From: an uncultured Bacteroidaceae bacterium
GTDB lineage: Bacteria; Bacteroidota; Bacteroidia; Bacteroidales; GCA-2748055
Assembly (NCBI GenBank): GCA_964538375.1
Contig: CAZIFQ010000015.1
Span: 13,425 to 77,424, forward strand
Direction of reading: 5' to 3'
Length of the DNA: 64,000 bases
Part shown: positions 9,921-19,370 of the stretch, piece after piece
Position numbering within the stretch: the first letter of the stretch is position 1
How the letters are laid out: each line of letters starts with the position of its first letter
The notes under the pieces: generated by a model
Told to the model about the DNA's origin: nothing
Database searches by the model: none
The model's input: only the letters and a program-made list of their open reading frames with translations
Translations under genes and position numbers: made by a program

Positions 9921-12098
9921 ATGAAAGAATCTATTATAATAGCCTTACTGCAAAATACAGCCATATTACTGGCTTTTGCGATGTTGTATGAAAACTTCTG
10001 GATTAAAAATGAGCGTTCTAACAGCTTACTTAGAAAGATCACTGTTGGTGTTATATTGAGTGGAATTGGTATTGTGCTAATGTATACACCCTGGACTTGG
10101 GTTCCAGGAATAGTTTTCGATACTCGTTCGGTTATGATTTCTATTGCAGGTTTGTTTTTCGGTCCTATTCCAACACTGGTTACAATGGTTATAACCAGCC
10201 TGGTAAGATTGATAATGGGTGGAGATGGCCAATGGATGGGCATTGCAGTAATTATTACCTCGGGAACCATCGGTTTGTTGTGGAGGAAATACAGGCCAGC
10301 ATGGAAATCGAAGAGATATTACCTGGAATTATTAGCTATGGGAATTACTGTGCATATCACCATGTCTTTATGCACTTTTCTTCTTCCACCAGAAAGCATA
10401 CTCCCGACCTTAAAAACAATTGCTCTTCCCCTGATTTTAATCTACTCACCAGCTACTGTTTTGCTAGGTACTATCATGATTAAACAATACAAAAACAGGG
10501 AGAACAAGAATGCACAAATTAAATTGGTGGAGTCTGAACGCAGATTGACACAAATTCTTGAAAGTGGAAATATAGTATCACTTCTGTTAAATAAGGACGG
10601 AAGTATAAAATATTGCAACAATTATTTGCTACAAATTACTGGTTATTCACTTGATGAATTAGTGGGGAAAAACTGGTTTAACATATTCTTCCCATCCGAT
10701 TCAAAAGATGAGTTATATCGACTGTTTCAGAACGATATTAGCTCCAAAAACTTATTCAACCATTTTGAAAATAAGATCCTTTCAAAAAACAGAGAACAGA
10801 TATATATTTCATGGTACAATACTACATTCCAGTCAGATTCGAATGAAGTAATTGGTATGGCCAGTATTGGAGTTGATATTACTATCAGTAAAAACTATGA
10901 AATTGAGTTAAAGAATAAAAATATAGAGTACAAAGAAATAAACAGAAAACTGAAGGTAGCAAAAGAAAAAGCCGAAGAAAGCGAACGGTTAAAATCTGTC
11001 TTTCTTGCCAATATGAGTCACGAAATCAGAACTCCAATGAATGGCATCCTTGGTTTTGCTGATTTGATGAAAGAACCCAATCTGTCTGGCGAAAAGCAAC
11101 AAGAGTATATTGAAATAATTGAAAAGGGCGGAGCAAGATTGCTCAATATAATTAACAATATTATCGATGTTTCAAAAATAGAAGCTGGATTAATGAGTGC
11201 CAATGTGGAGGTGTCGGATATAAATGATCAAATCGATTATGTTTGTACCTTCTTCAAGCCCGATCTAGAAGCAAAAGGAATTCAGTTTTTCTGCAAAGTT
11301 CCTTCGCCAAAAGCAGAATTTTTAATAAATACAGATCGTGAAAAACTATTTGCAATTCTTACCAATTTAGTAAAAAACGCCATTAAATTTACGCTTAATG
11401 GTTATATAGAATTCGGCTACACTATACAACCAGGAAAGTATCTTGAGTTTTTTGTCAAAGATACGGGCATTGGAATACCAAAGAATAAACAGGAATTTAT
11501 TTTTGAACGTTTTATTCAATCTGATATTGAAGATAAAATGGCTCGGCAGGGAGCAGGACTGGGATTAGCTATTTCTAAAGCGTATGTTGAATTGCTCGGT
11601 GGTAAAATTTGGGTAGAAAGTGAAGAAGATAAAGGGTCGGTATTCCGTTTTACTATACCATACAAACCAATTACAGTACAAATCAAAAAACACCTTCCAA
11701 GTATCGATTCTGAAAGAAAGAAAGCCCCTCATGCTAAAGAACTAAAAATACTGATAGCTGAAGATGACGAAACAACGGAAATGCTTATTTCAATTCAAAT
11801 CCGTAAATTAAGTAAAGAGATTCTAAGAGCAAGAAATGGAAAAGAAGCCATAGAGATTTGTAAAAATAATCCTGATATTGATCTAATTCTAATGGATATT
11901 CAAATGCCTGTGCTTAACGGTTATCACGCTTCACAAGAAATACGTCAGTTCAATACAGATGTTATTATTATTGCACAAACTGCTTTTGGCTTGTCCGGAG
12001 ACAGGGAAAAAGCGATAAAAGCAGGGTGTAATGATCATATTTCGAAACCTGTTTCAACAGCAAATCTCCATGCCATCATTGACAAATATTTCAGCTAA
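9921..12098 (+). CDS. Hybrid sensor histidine kinase: 5TMR-LYT-like membrane domain, PAS, HisKA, HATPase_c, receiver
   Basis: The N-terminal ~190 aa are polytopic and LytS-type (LLQNTAILLAFAMLYE...). A PAS-like region contains YCNNYLLQITGYSLDELVGKNW. The H-box is FLANMSHEIRTPMNGILGF. N, G1 and G2 boxes are LVKNAIKFT, DTGIGIP and GAGLGLAISK. The REC domain contains ILIAEDDE...DLILMDIQMP...SKP. Confidence 0.9.
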   Translation: MKESIIIALLQNTAILLAFAMLYENFWIKNERSNSLLRKITVGVILSGIGIVLMYTPWTWVPGIVFDTRSVMISIAGLFFGPIPTLVTMVITSLVRLIMGGDGQWMGIAVIITSGTIGLLWRKYRPAWKSKRYYLELLAMGITVHITMSLCTFLLPPESILPTLKTIALPLILIYSPATVLLGTIMIKQYKNRENKNAQIKLVESERRLTQILESGNIVSLLLNKDGSIKYCNNYLLQITGYSLDELVGKNWFNIFFPSDSKDELYRLFQNDISSKNLFNHFENKILSKNREQIYISWYNTTFQSDSNEVIGMASIGVDITISKNYEIELKNKNIEYKEINRKLKVAKEKAEESERLKSVFLANMSHEIRTPMNGILGFADLMKEPNLSGEKQQEYIEIIEKGGARLLNIINNIIDVSKIEAGLMSANVEVSDINDQIDYVCTFFKPDLEAKGIQFFCKVPSPKAEFLINTDREKLFAILTNLVKNAIKFTLNGYIEFGYTIQPGKYLEFFVKDTGIGIPKNKQEFIFERFIQSDIEDKMARQGAGLGLAISKAYVELLGGKIWVESEEDKGSVFRFTIPYKPITVQIKKHLPSIDSERKKAPHAKELKILIAEDDETTEMLISIQIRKLSKEILRARNGKEAIEICKNNPDIDLILMDIQMPVLNGYHASQEIRQFNTDVIIIAQTAFGLSGDREKAIKAGCNDHISKPVSTANLHAIIDKYFS

Positions 12099-12140
12099 TG
12101 AGATAATCTTTTCATTCGAATGTCAATTTATTGGACCATT

Positions 12141-13415
12141 TCATTTGGGATTCTTCCATGAGATATTATCCAAAAAACTCGATTTACACATCCCTAAAAC
12201 AATCAATAACAAAAGTGCTCCGTATGTGATTGTTTTATAATGCTGTGTTATTCTGTTTAAGGTTCTGCCTATAATGACATCCGATGAAATGCTTGTAAGA
12301 ATGAAGGATAAAATTAGCAGCAATATCACTATTTTCCATCTCCACGTAAGGAACTCCTGGTGGTCAAATTTATAAAGGAAGATCAGAAAATAAATAACAT
12401 AAGCTACTGCAGGCAGCATCAAAACAAAGGCATATTTTTGTTGATGAGGAAAGATCAGTGGAATAAGCAAAAGAAGATAGCTTAGCTCCCATATCTCATG
12501 TGTTTTTGATTTAGCCGGCTTGAACGGAGGGGTTCTAAGAAAATAGAGTGTAAAAAGAATAAGCAATACACGCACGGTATTCAAAACAATTGTAGCATAC
12601 TTTAGATCAAGATTAACAATATGTCTTTGAAGTTCAACTTCACCACTTATTTCATGAAGAAGACTCGGTACCAGGGCAGTAAGACTATGGATTCCAATAG
12701 CGCTCTCAACCAGTTGATGATTGTCGAGAGGATTTACCTGTTTCCACCACTCCGCCAACAAGAAATTATTGTAATCGAAACCGATAAAAATTGCAGGCAA
12801 GAATAGAAAAACAAGGAAAAATACCAGTGTAATTAACACTGGCTTCCAACGATTCCTATAGACCAGGTATGGAATAAGAACAATGGGTAAAATCTTAATA
12901 TTTATCGCCAATGCGAGTATCGCTCCTCCTCTTAACTTTTGCTTATTATTAAAGAAATGGATACTTTCCAACACCGACCACAATAAATAAATGGTCATCT
13001 GTATCATCCCAAAATTGATGTGAATAAATCGTATTGTTAGCAAAAGAGTAAGACCTAATAACAAGTTCTTGCTCCTGGAATCGAATCCTTCCAATTTAAA
13101 ATAATCAGTGATCAACATCCAGATACGATACAGAAAGAATACATTTAAAAGCAACCAAATCATGTTTGGTATAAAGTGCGGAAGCCCGGAAAAGGGAAAC
13201 AGCAGTACCGCAAAGAGAGGACTATAAAAATACTTTCCGGAAGCTCCGCCCCCCAGATCGAACCAGAAATAATACAGATTCTCATGATCTTTCAGAGCTC
13301 TAGCTGCTTCAAGAAAAATTTTGAAATCACCTTTGCCCCTGGCTTCATTGATAATAAATGCAAGGCCGAGCAATGAGAGTATTATTATGAGAGTTATTCT
13401 GAGAGATTTTTTCAC
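12141..13415 (-). CDS. Polytopic membrane glycosyltransferase-like protein (DUF2029/GT87-like), GTG start
   Basis: At least 10 predicted TM segments. The N-terminal GDFKIFLEAARALKDHENLY...YFYSPLFAVLLFPF pattern is typical of the DUF2029/GT87 family. Confidence 0.6.
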   Translation of the reverse strand: MKKSLRITLIIILSLLGLAFIINEARGKGDFKIFLEAARALKDHENLYYFWFDLGGGASGKYFYSPLFAVLLFPFSGLPHFIPNMIWLLLNVFFLYRIWMLITDYFKLEGFDSRSKNLLLGLTLLLTIRFIHINFGMIQMTIYLLWSVLESIHFFNNKQKLRGGAILALAINIKILPIVLIPYLVYRNRWKPVLITLVFFLVFLFLPAIFIGFDYNNFLLAEWWKQVNPLDNHQLVESAIGIHSLTALVPSLLHEISGEVELQRHIVNLDLKYATIVLNTVRVLLILFTLYFLRTPPFKPAKSKTHEIWELSYLLLLIPLIFPHQQKYAFVLMLPAVAYVIYFLIFLYKFDHQEFLTWRWKIVILLLILSFILTSISSDVIIGRTLNRITQHYKTITYGALLLLIVLGMCKSSFLDNISWKNPK

Positions 13416-13549
13416 TCAATAAATTTACTTAAATAATTTATCTGTAAGTGGAAATATATTGAACAAAAATGAATGTAAGCAGTCTAATCCTGCTTAAGCT
13501 CACTTAGTCTTTTCTTTTGTTGGTCAATTAACTTCTGATACTTACCCTC

Positions 13550-14251
13550 ATGGATCAGGTTATTTTGCTCATTTTTATGATCGGGATTTCCTTTCCTACT
13601 TTGTCTCAAGACATAATTATACTTAAAACAGGAGATGAACTACAGTCTATTGTCCATGAAATAGACATTGATGTGATCAAATATAAAAAATTTGAGAATC
13701 AGGAGGGACCACTCTATACTATTGAAAAATCCAAAGTCTTTATGATCAAATATGCGAATGGCACAAAAGACGTATTCAATGATCAACCATTAGTGCAAGA
13801 TAACGAGCCAATAACTCCAGAAGCAATTCCCCCCGATACAATCCCGCATTTTCTGGTATACAAAATGGGTATTAAAATGGACAATAAATCTCTTAGCGAC
13901 GGTGAGATTCAATCCATTTTTTCCGATTACCCCGATCCAATGAAGTATTATACCCAAGGAGAAATATTAAAACTAACTGGCAGTGTTTTTCAATGGTCTG
14001 TAATTGGAGTGGGAATATATACCATATTCAAAGGTCGCCCCTTAGATCCTCCTGAAAGTGAGGAATTGGCTAAAAAAGGTGTTATAGCAATGGGAGGCCT
14101 GGCAGTTGGCTGGCTAACTTTAAATATCATTGGAAATTCAAGAAAAAAGAAGGCGGTTGATACTTACAATTCCCAAATAGCTAAGCCAAGCAGCTATAAT
14201 TTTCAACTTTTTATGCAGGATAACCAGGTTGGACTCGCCATGAGGTTTTGA
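13550..14251 (+). CDS. Hypothetical protein with N-terminal signal/anchor and two C-terminal TM segments
   Basis: A 233-aa ORF in its own intergenic context. The hydrophobic N-terminus is VILLIFMIGISFPTLSQ. Hydrophobic stretches WSVIGVGIYTIF and VIAMGGLAVGWLTLNII follow. No recognisable catalytic motif. Confidence 0.55.
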   Translation: MDQVILLIFMIGISFPTLSQDIIILKTGDELQSIVHEIDIDVIKYKKFENQEGPLYTIEKSKVFMIKYANGTKDVFNDQPLVQDNEPITPEAIPPDTIPHFLVYKMGIKMDNKSLSDGEIQSIFSDYPDPMKYYTQGEILKLTGSVFQWSVIGVGIYTIFKGRPLDPPESEELAKKGVIAMGGLAVGWLTLNIIGNSRKKKAVDTYNSQIAKPSSYNFQLFMQDNQVGLAMRF

Positions 14252-14288
14252 TTGAAAACACAAATAGGCATTGATGCCCTGGCAAATA

Positions 14289-15371
14289 TTACAACTCCCT
14301 TATCCGTGGATCCAACAGCACATAAACAACATCCACCAGGATATTTATCACCACAAATAAAGCCGCAATGGTAATGACTGCTCCCAGGACAACAGGCATA
14401 TCATACTGATTTAAAGCATTAACAATCAGGTAGCCCAGCCCCTTCCAACCGAAGATGTACTCGATAAATACAACACCGGCCATGAGAGAGGCAAACCAGC
14501 CGCTAATAGCTGTAACGATTGGATTCATTGAGTTACGCAGTGCATGTTTACGTATCACAGCAGGGAAACTCAGTCCCTTTGCCCTGGCAGTTCTGATATA
14601 ATCCTGGTTCAGCACATCCAGGAGAGAATTCCTTGATAACTGTATTATAATGGAGAGTGGACGAATACCGAGGGTAACTGCAGGTAGAATAAGGTTTTTT
14701 AATACCAAAGTTCTTCCATTGCCAAAATCATCAATTTCATAAAGGTTACCGGTTAAGTTTAAACCAGTCTGGTCGGCCAGCACAAAAGCAAAAAACCACC
14801 CAAACAGGATGGCTGTAAAAAACGATGGCAAGCTAACGCCTACGGTGGAGATTACCAAGGTTAGACGATCGAACCAGGTATCCTTCCAGATGGCACAAAG
14901 TGTGCCCATGAAGATTCCAATCACAGAAGCCAGCAACATGGCTGTTAGTGCCAGTATAAAGGTATTGGGCAGTACATCAGCAATCATTTGTCCCACACTG
15001 GTCTTGTTCTGGTAGCTCATACCAAAATACGGAGTTTTCAAAAACAATGACACCTTCTTCCCTATCGGAATAAGTTTTACATGCTTTCCATACTTTAAAT
15101 CTGAAAAATAGAAATAGCTCTCTGCATCTGCTGTGTTATATACTGAAAGCGGAGACAGGTCATTCAGGTACCTAATGTATTGCTTCGACAATGACTGATC
15201 CAAGCCCAGCTCTGTACGAATGATCTCCACAGTTTTTAAGTCTGCACGCTGTCCAAGCATCATGCGTGCCGGATCGCCGGGTAATACATTGAAGAGAAAA
15301 AAGACAAGTGTAACTACACCCCAGAGCACCAGGAGTCCATAGAAAAACTTGTTTAGCAGCTTTTTAACCAC
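14289..15371 (-). CDS. ABC transporter permease, DppB/OppB (binding-protein-dependent inner-membrane component) family
   Basis: The N-terminus LLVLWGVVTLVFFLFNVLPGDPARMMLG is characteristic of this family. The EAA-like loop is DYIRTARAKGLSFPAVIRKHALRNSMNP. Six TM segments. Confidence 0.85.
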   Translation of the reverse strand: MVKKLLNKFFYGLLVLWGVVTLVFFLFNVLPGDPARMMLGQRADLKTVEIIRTELGLDQSLSKQYIRYLNDLSPLSVYNTADAESYFYFSDLKYGKHVKLIPIGKKVSLFLKTPYFGMSYQNKTSVGQMIADVLPNTFILALTAMLLASVIGIFMGTLCAIWKDTWFDRLTLVISTVGVSLPSFFTAILFGWFFAFVLADQTGLNLTGNLYEIDDFGNGRTLVLKNLILPAVTLGIRPLSIIIQLSRNSLLDVLNQDYIRTARAKGLSFPAVIRKHALRNSMNPIVTAISGWFASLMAGVVFIEYIFGWKGLGYLIVNALNQYDMPVVLGAVITIAALFVVINILVDVVYVLLDPRIREL

Positions 15372-16728
15372 GTTTCATTGACCTGTTAACAACTGGCAAT
15401 TGTAATACTACAAAAATAAAAATGACAGAAATGAAAAAACTTATCCATGCCAGTTTCTCCTTGCTGGAGACATTCTTTCTTGCAACAACCTGGTTTGCTG
15501 TCTTATCAAAGTCGACCACATCCCACTGAATCTCCTCCATAAATCCTTCATCAATCAGCATCAGTATCTCCGGATCCTGCTCCGAAACAAATTGCTCTGT
15601 CAGCTCCTTCCACTCCTCATCCCAGATGCTCATATCTGGGAAATTCTGGTGAGACCACTTGGCAATGATAGTACCATTTTTCAAGAGCACAAACCCAGGA
15701 TTCGATCTGACCACAGTTTTCAGCATTATCTCATCTGCAGAATAGAAAGCATAATCCAGTCCCAGCTCCTGCGAAACCTCATCTTTCATCGAGGTGCCTG
15801 ATGCAGTTACTGGAATGAAATTGAAATCACCGGATATATTTTTCAGGTTGTACCAATCATTCATGGCTATCAATGCTTCTTCATTTGCTTTGTCAATATC
15901 ATGGGATACCATCATCAAGCTGTAGTCCTCATCAGCCAGCAGATCATCGGTAATATCATACCCATAGTCATCGCTAAGTCCAAAATCGTGAATTGGAGCT
16001 TCATAGCCCTTACTCACCAACTTCGACTCGCTGGTTACAAAGCCCCATTGCAAAGTGTCTTTGGGATAATTTTCCAGTGTAAACTCTTCTGTATCTCCTG
16101 ATTCCAGGTTTCTATAAACCAGGGTCGTATTATAAACATCCATAGGGGCATCTTCTGGTATCTCCATTCCTCCCTGGATATAGGTCCCAACATGATAAGG
16201 CCTGAAATCTATTACGGGAAGTTGCTTTAAACAAGATATCGAAAGTAAAAAACTTCCTGCAAAGAAAAGCAGGATAAGAGCTTTCTCATAAGAGCCCTTC
16301 ATTATGTTCTTTGCTCTTTTTCGCGAATAGAAGACCACCAGGACAAATACCATGAGAATGATATTCTTGAAAAAAGTTTGCCAGTTGGTCATGATAATGG
16401 CATCTCCAAAACAGCCACAATCGCTTACCGGGTTGAATACCCCAAGAAAAAAAGTCAATATAGTAAAAAAGCTCATGAAAATTAAGAGCACCCAATACAC
16501 CAGGCGCTTCTGGTATCCAAGGATCAGTACAACTCCAAGCACCAGCTCAAAAGCAGCCAGGAAAACACCAATTGGCAGACTCAGGGAATCAAAAAATCCC
16601 ATGTTAAAGGCAGTAAAGTAATCTGCAATTTTATAAGCCGATCCAAGCGGATCAATGGCCTTTACAAATCCACTGAAGATAAATACGAATCCAAGGATAA
16701 AACGACTTATTATTCTGATAGTTTTCAT
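15364..16728 (-). CDS. MauE/DoxX-type membrane protein with large C-terminal soluble domain (BT_3928-like)
   Basis: The N-terminus RFILGFVFIFSGFVKAIDPLG is followed by four TM segments and a DCGCFG motif. The C-terminal ~280 aa are hydrophilic, and a final TM segment closes the protein. It overlaps the downstream permease by 8 nt. Confidence 0.65.
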   Translation of the reverse strand: MKTIRIISRFILGFVFIFSGFVKAIDPLGSAYKIADYFTAFNMGFFDSLSLPIGVFLAAFELVLGVVLILGYQKRLVYWVLLIFMSFFTILTFFLGVFNPVSDCGCFGDAIIMTNWQTFFKNIILMVFVLVVFYSRKRAKNIMKGSYEKALILLFFAGSFLLSISCLKQLPVIDFRPYHVGTYIQGGMEIPEDAPMDVYNTTLVYRNLESGDTEEFTLENYPKDTLQWGFVTSESKLVSKGYEAPIHDFGLSDDYGYDITDDLLADEDYSLMMVSHDIDKANEEALIAMNDWYNLKNISGDFNFIPVTASGTSMKDEVSQELGLDYAFYSADEIMLKTVVRSNPGFVLLKNGTIIAKWSHQNFPDMSIWDEEWKELTEQFVSEQDPEILMLIDEGFMEEIQWDVVDFDKTANQVVARKNVSSKEKLAWISFFISVIFIFVVLQLPVVNRSMKRG

Positions 16729-16741
16729 TTATATTTTTGTC

Positions 16742-17419
16742 TTATGGCAAAGAGATAACATCCAGCAGATGCTCGAATATCACATCTGTGGAATGCATTT
16801 GCCCGTTCTTGTCTGCACAATCTACTATGCTGATATTATCTACGTCTGAGCACAAAGAATGGTAGATTTTTCTTACCCTGCCTTGAAAATCAAGGTCCTG
16901 CTCGTGAATGTCTGTCTGTCCGTTAAGGTAGTCCCTGTCGTTACCCGTTCGTCCAACTGTTAGTCTTTCCTTTGTGAAATCAAAGGGAACATCAAGGAAT
17001 ATATTGAGTTCGGGGGAAGGAAGCTTATAATTCCCAAATTCAAGGTCGAGAATCCATTTCTGCAACTTCTTCTGCTCTTCCGGATCATGTAATTTTGCAC
17101 ATTGAAAAGCAATATTTGAATACACATACCTGTCAACAAGCACCAGGTAACCATCAGCCAACCATTGCTCGATCAAAGTTTTCGCTTCCCAACGGTCACC
17201 TGCGAAGATCAGGGCTACAAGGTAAGGATCAACCTGCTCTATGTCACCCATTTCTCCCCTGAGAAACCTGGCAATAAGTTTTCCATAGATCCCTTCCTCC
17301 AATCGAGGGAAGTGCAAATACTTATATGAAATAGCTTTCTGTTCAAGGTATTCCTTCAACATTCCAATCTGGGTTGATTTTCCAGACCCGTCCAATCCTT
17401 CAATTACTAAAAAACTCAT
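16742..17419 (-). CDS. tmk: dTMP (thymidylate) kinase family protein
   Basis: MSFLVIEGLDGSGKSTQ is the P-loop, DRY is the DRY/DRF motif, and overall length is 225 aa. Confidence 0.8.
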   Translation of the reverse strand: MSFLVIEGLDGSGKSTQIGMLKEYLEQKAISYKYLHFPRLEEGIYGKLIARFLRGEMGDIEQVDPYLVALIFAGDRWEAKTLIEQWLADGYLVLVDRYVYSNIAFQCAKLHDPEEQKKLQKWILDLEFGNYKLPSPELNIFLDVPFDFTKERLTVGRTGNDRDYLNGQTDIHEQDLDFQGRVRKIYHSLCSDVDNISIVDCADKNGQMHSTDVIFEHLLDVISLP

Positions 17420-17529
17420 ATTGCAATTTTGCCCTGATTATCAATTATTTTTCCTTATTTTGCTCACAAATCTTTATAATCATTACTGTATCCGAGAATT
17501 CAATCTATGGTCATAAAGAGTTTTAATGA

Positions 17530-17537
17530 TACCTTTG
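17530..17537 (+). promoter_or_regulatory. -7 box TACCTTTG upstream of folP
   Basis: Exact TAnnTTTG match 29 nt upstream of the ATG at 17566. Confidence 0.4.
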
Positions 17538-17565
17538 ATTTTGTTTTAAAGCTCAATATTCACAG

Positions 17566-18438
17566 ATGACTGAAAACAGTGCTAAAGATACATTTTTTTC
17601 AAAAAACCATAGTTTAAATTGTGGTGGAAAACTACTAAACTTATCGACACCCAAGGTAATGGGTATTCTGAATCTTACTTCCGACTCGTTTTATGATGGT
17701 GGAAAGTACGAAAATCCTGAAAATGCACTGAATCGAGTGCACCAGATGATCAGTGAAGGTGTCGATATTATTGACATTGGTGCAGCGAGCTCAAGACCGG
17801 GAGCAGGACTTTCGAGTCCCCAGGATGAAATCAATAAGCTCTCCCCTGTTTTGGAGCAAATCAGATTTGCATTTCCTGACCTCATTCTGTCGCTGGATAC
17901 CTATCATGCACAGGTAGCCAAAGAAATGGTCGAAAAGTATTCCGTTGATATTATTAATGACATATCTGCCGGAGATATTGATCCGGACATGTATACAACC
18001 ATAGTAAAACTTGGTGTACCTTATATAATCATGCACATGAATGGGATTCCCGGGAATATGCAAGAGAACCCTGAATATGAAAACATTACAGATGAGATAG
18101 TGCAGTACTTCTCTGAGAAAATACATAAATTGCATAAGAAAGGAATTGCTGATGTACTTATCGATCCCGGATTTGGATTTGGAAAATCACGTGATCATAA
18201 TTACGAATTGCTTTCGAATACTGATGCTTTTCAACTGTTCGAATTGCCGGTAGTCGCAGGCGTTTCCAGAAAATCGATGATTTCTAATTTGTTGGATGCA
18301 ACAAGTGAGGAATCTTTAAACGGAACAACAGCCGTTCATATGATATTGTTGCAAAAAGGAGTTCAGATTCTCAGGGTGCACGATGTGAAAGAAGCAAGGC
18401 AAGCGGTTACCATCTACCTGGAATCACTCAGAAAGTAG
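17566..18438 (+). CDS. folP: Dihydropteroate synthase
   Basis: VMGILNLTSDSFYDGG, DIIDIGAASSRPGA, DPGFGFGK and RVHDV are the ordered pterin-binding-domain motifs. Confidence 0.9.
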   Translation: MTENSAKDTFFSKNHSLNCGGKLLNLSTPKVMGILNLTSDSFYDGGKYENPENALNRVHQMISEGVDIIDIGAASSRPGAGLSSPQDEINKLSPVLEQIRFAFPDLILSLDTYHAQVAKEMVEKYSVDIINDISAGDIDPDMYTTIVKLGVPYIIMHMNGIPGNMQENPEYENITDEIVQYFSEKIHKLHKKGIADVLIDPGFGFGKSRDHNYELLSNTDAFQLFELPVVAGVSRKSMISNLLDATSEESLNGTTAVHMILLQKGVQILRVHDVKEARQAVTIYLESLRK

Positions 18439-18464
18439 TAAGACAGCCATTGGTGATCTTTTTG

Positions 18465-18472
18465 TACATTTG
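18465..18472 (+). promoter_or_regulatory. -7 box TACATTTG upstream of cdaA
   Basis: Exact TAnnTTTG match 24 nt upstream of the ATG at 18496. Confidence 0.4.
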
Positions 18473-18495
18473 TTAATTGGCTTGAAAAAAAATAA

Positions 18496-19278
18496 ATGCA
18501 ATCACTTTTCATACATATCAGGTTACTGGATATCATTGATATCTTCCTGGTAGCTATATTGCTTTACCAGTTATACATGTTGGTAAGGGGAACTGTAGCA
18601 TTAAACATCATCCTTGCTATTGCCATCATTTATGTCTTTTGGTGGGTAGTAAGAGCGCTTCAGATGGAGTTGCTCAGCTCCATAATCGGGCAGGTTATTG
18701 GTGTGGGTGCCATCGCCCTGATCATTGTGTTTCAGCAAGAAATACGGCGTTATCTTATTCATATGGGTTCGCGGTATGTGGATGGAAACAAATTGAGCCT
18801 GGAACGCATCCTCAATATGCGTTTTGAAGGCAAACCTAAATTGAAGGTAAAGTCTGTACTGAAAGCAGTTATGCAGATGTCACAAAATAAAACCGGGGCC
18901 CTTATTGTTATCAGAAGAAAATCGGACCTTAAGATGTATACAGAGCCAGCTGAGCGGCTGAACAGTTTCACCTCCAGCAGAATGATTACCAGCATCTTCA
19001 ATAAGAACGGACCTTTGCATGACGGGGCTGTTGTTATTGATGGAGAAACAGTGGTAGCAGCAAGAGTAATCCTGCCTGTAACCGACAAGATAGATCTTCC
19101 TCCTGAATATGGACTTCGTCACAGGGCCGCACTTGGTATTTCAGATGTAACAGACTCCCTTGTTATTATTGTTTCAGAAGAGACCGGCCAGATCAGCATG
19201 GCAGAAAATGGAATCCTTCAGAAAAATATCGGTATAAAAATCCTCACCCAAAAATTAGAAGAAGATTTTGGAGAGTAA
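18496..19278 (+). CDS. cdaA: Diadenylate cyclase CdaA/DacA (c-di-AMP synthase)
   Basis: Three N-terminal TM segments are followed by a DAC domain with GALIVI, PLHDGAVVI, GLRHRAALGISDVTDSLVIIVSEETG (DGA and RHR motifs). Confidence 0.9.
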   Translation: MQSLFIHIRLLDIIDIFLVAILLYQLYMLVRGTVALNIILAIAIIYVFWWVVRALQMELLSSIIGQVIGVGAIALIIVFQQEIRRYLIHMGSRYVDGNKLSLERILNMRFEGKPKLKVKSVLKAVMQMSQNKTGALIVIRRKSDLKMYTEPAERLNSFTSSRMITSIFNKNGPLHDGAVVIDGETVVAARVILPVTDKIDLPPEYGLRHRAALGISDVTDSLVIIVSEETGQISMAENGILQKNIGIKILTQKLEEDFGE

Positions 19279-19296
19279 TTTTTTATTTGCAGGGAT

Positions 19297-19338
19297 GCGT
19301 TTTAATAGCTATGAGACGCGTTTTAATAGCTATGAGAC
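19297..19338. repeat. Perfect tandem duplication of a 21-bp unit (GCGTTTTAATAGCTATGAGAC x2, third unit starts GCG)
   Basis: Read directly: 19297-19317 is identical to 19318-19338. It lies in the convergent cdaA/plsY intergenic region. Confidence 0.9.
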
Positions 19339-19360
19339 GCGCCACATGGCTCGTCTCTAC
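19333..19360. repeat. REP-like hairpin variant (GAGACG-n13-CGTCTC followed by TAC)
   Basis: The 6-bp arms are at 19333-19338 and 19352-19357. It shares the CGTCTCTAC 3' core with the elements at 25085 and 44010. Confidence 0.55.
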
Positions 19361-19370
19361 AAAAACATGA

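Noticed and set aside
19297-19338. Possible CRISPR-like or tandem repeat array
   Set aside because: Only two directly abutting 21-bp units are present, with no spacers and no cas genes in the window. It is reported as a simple tandem duplication instead.
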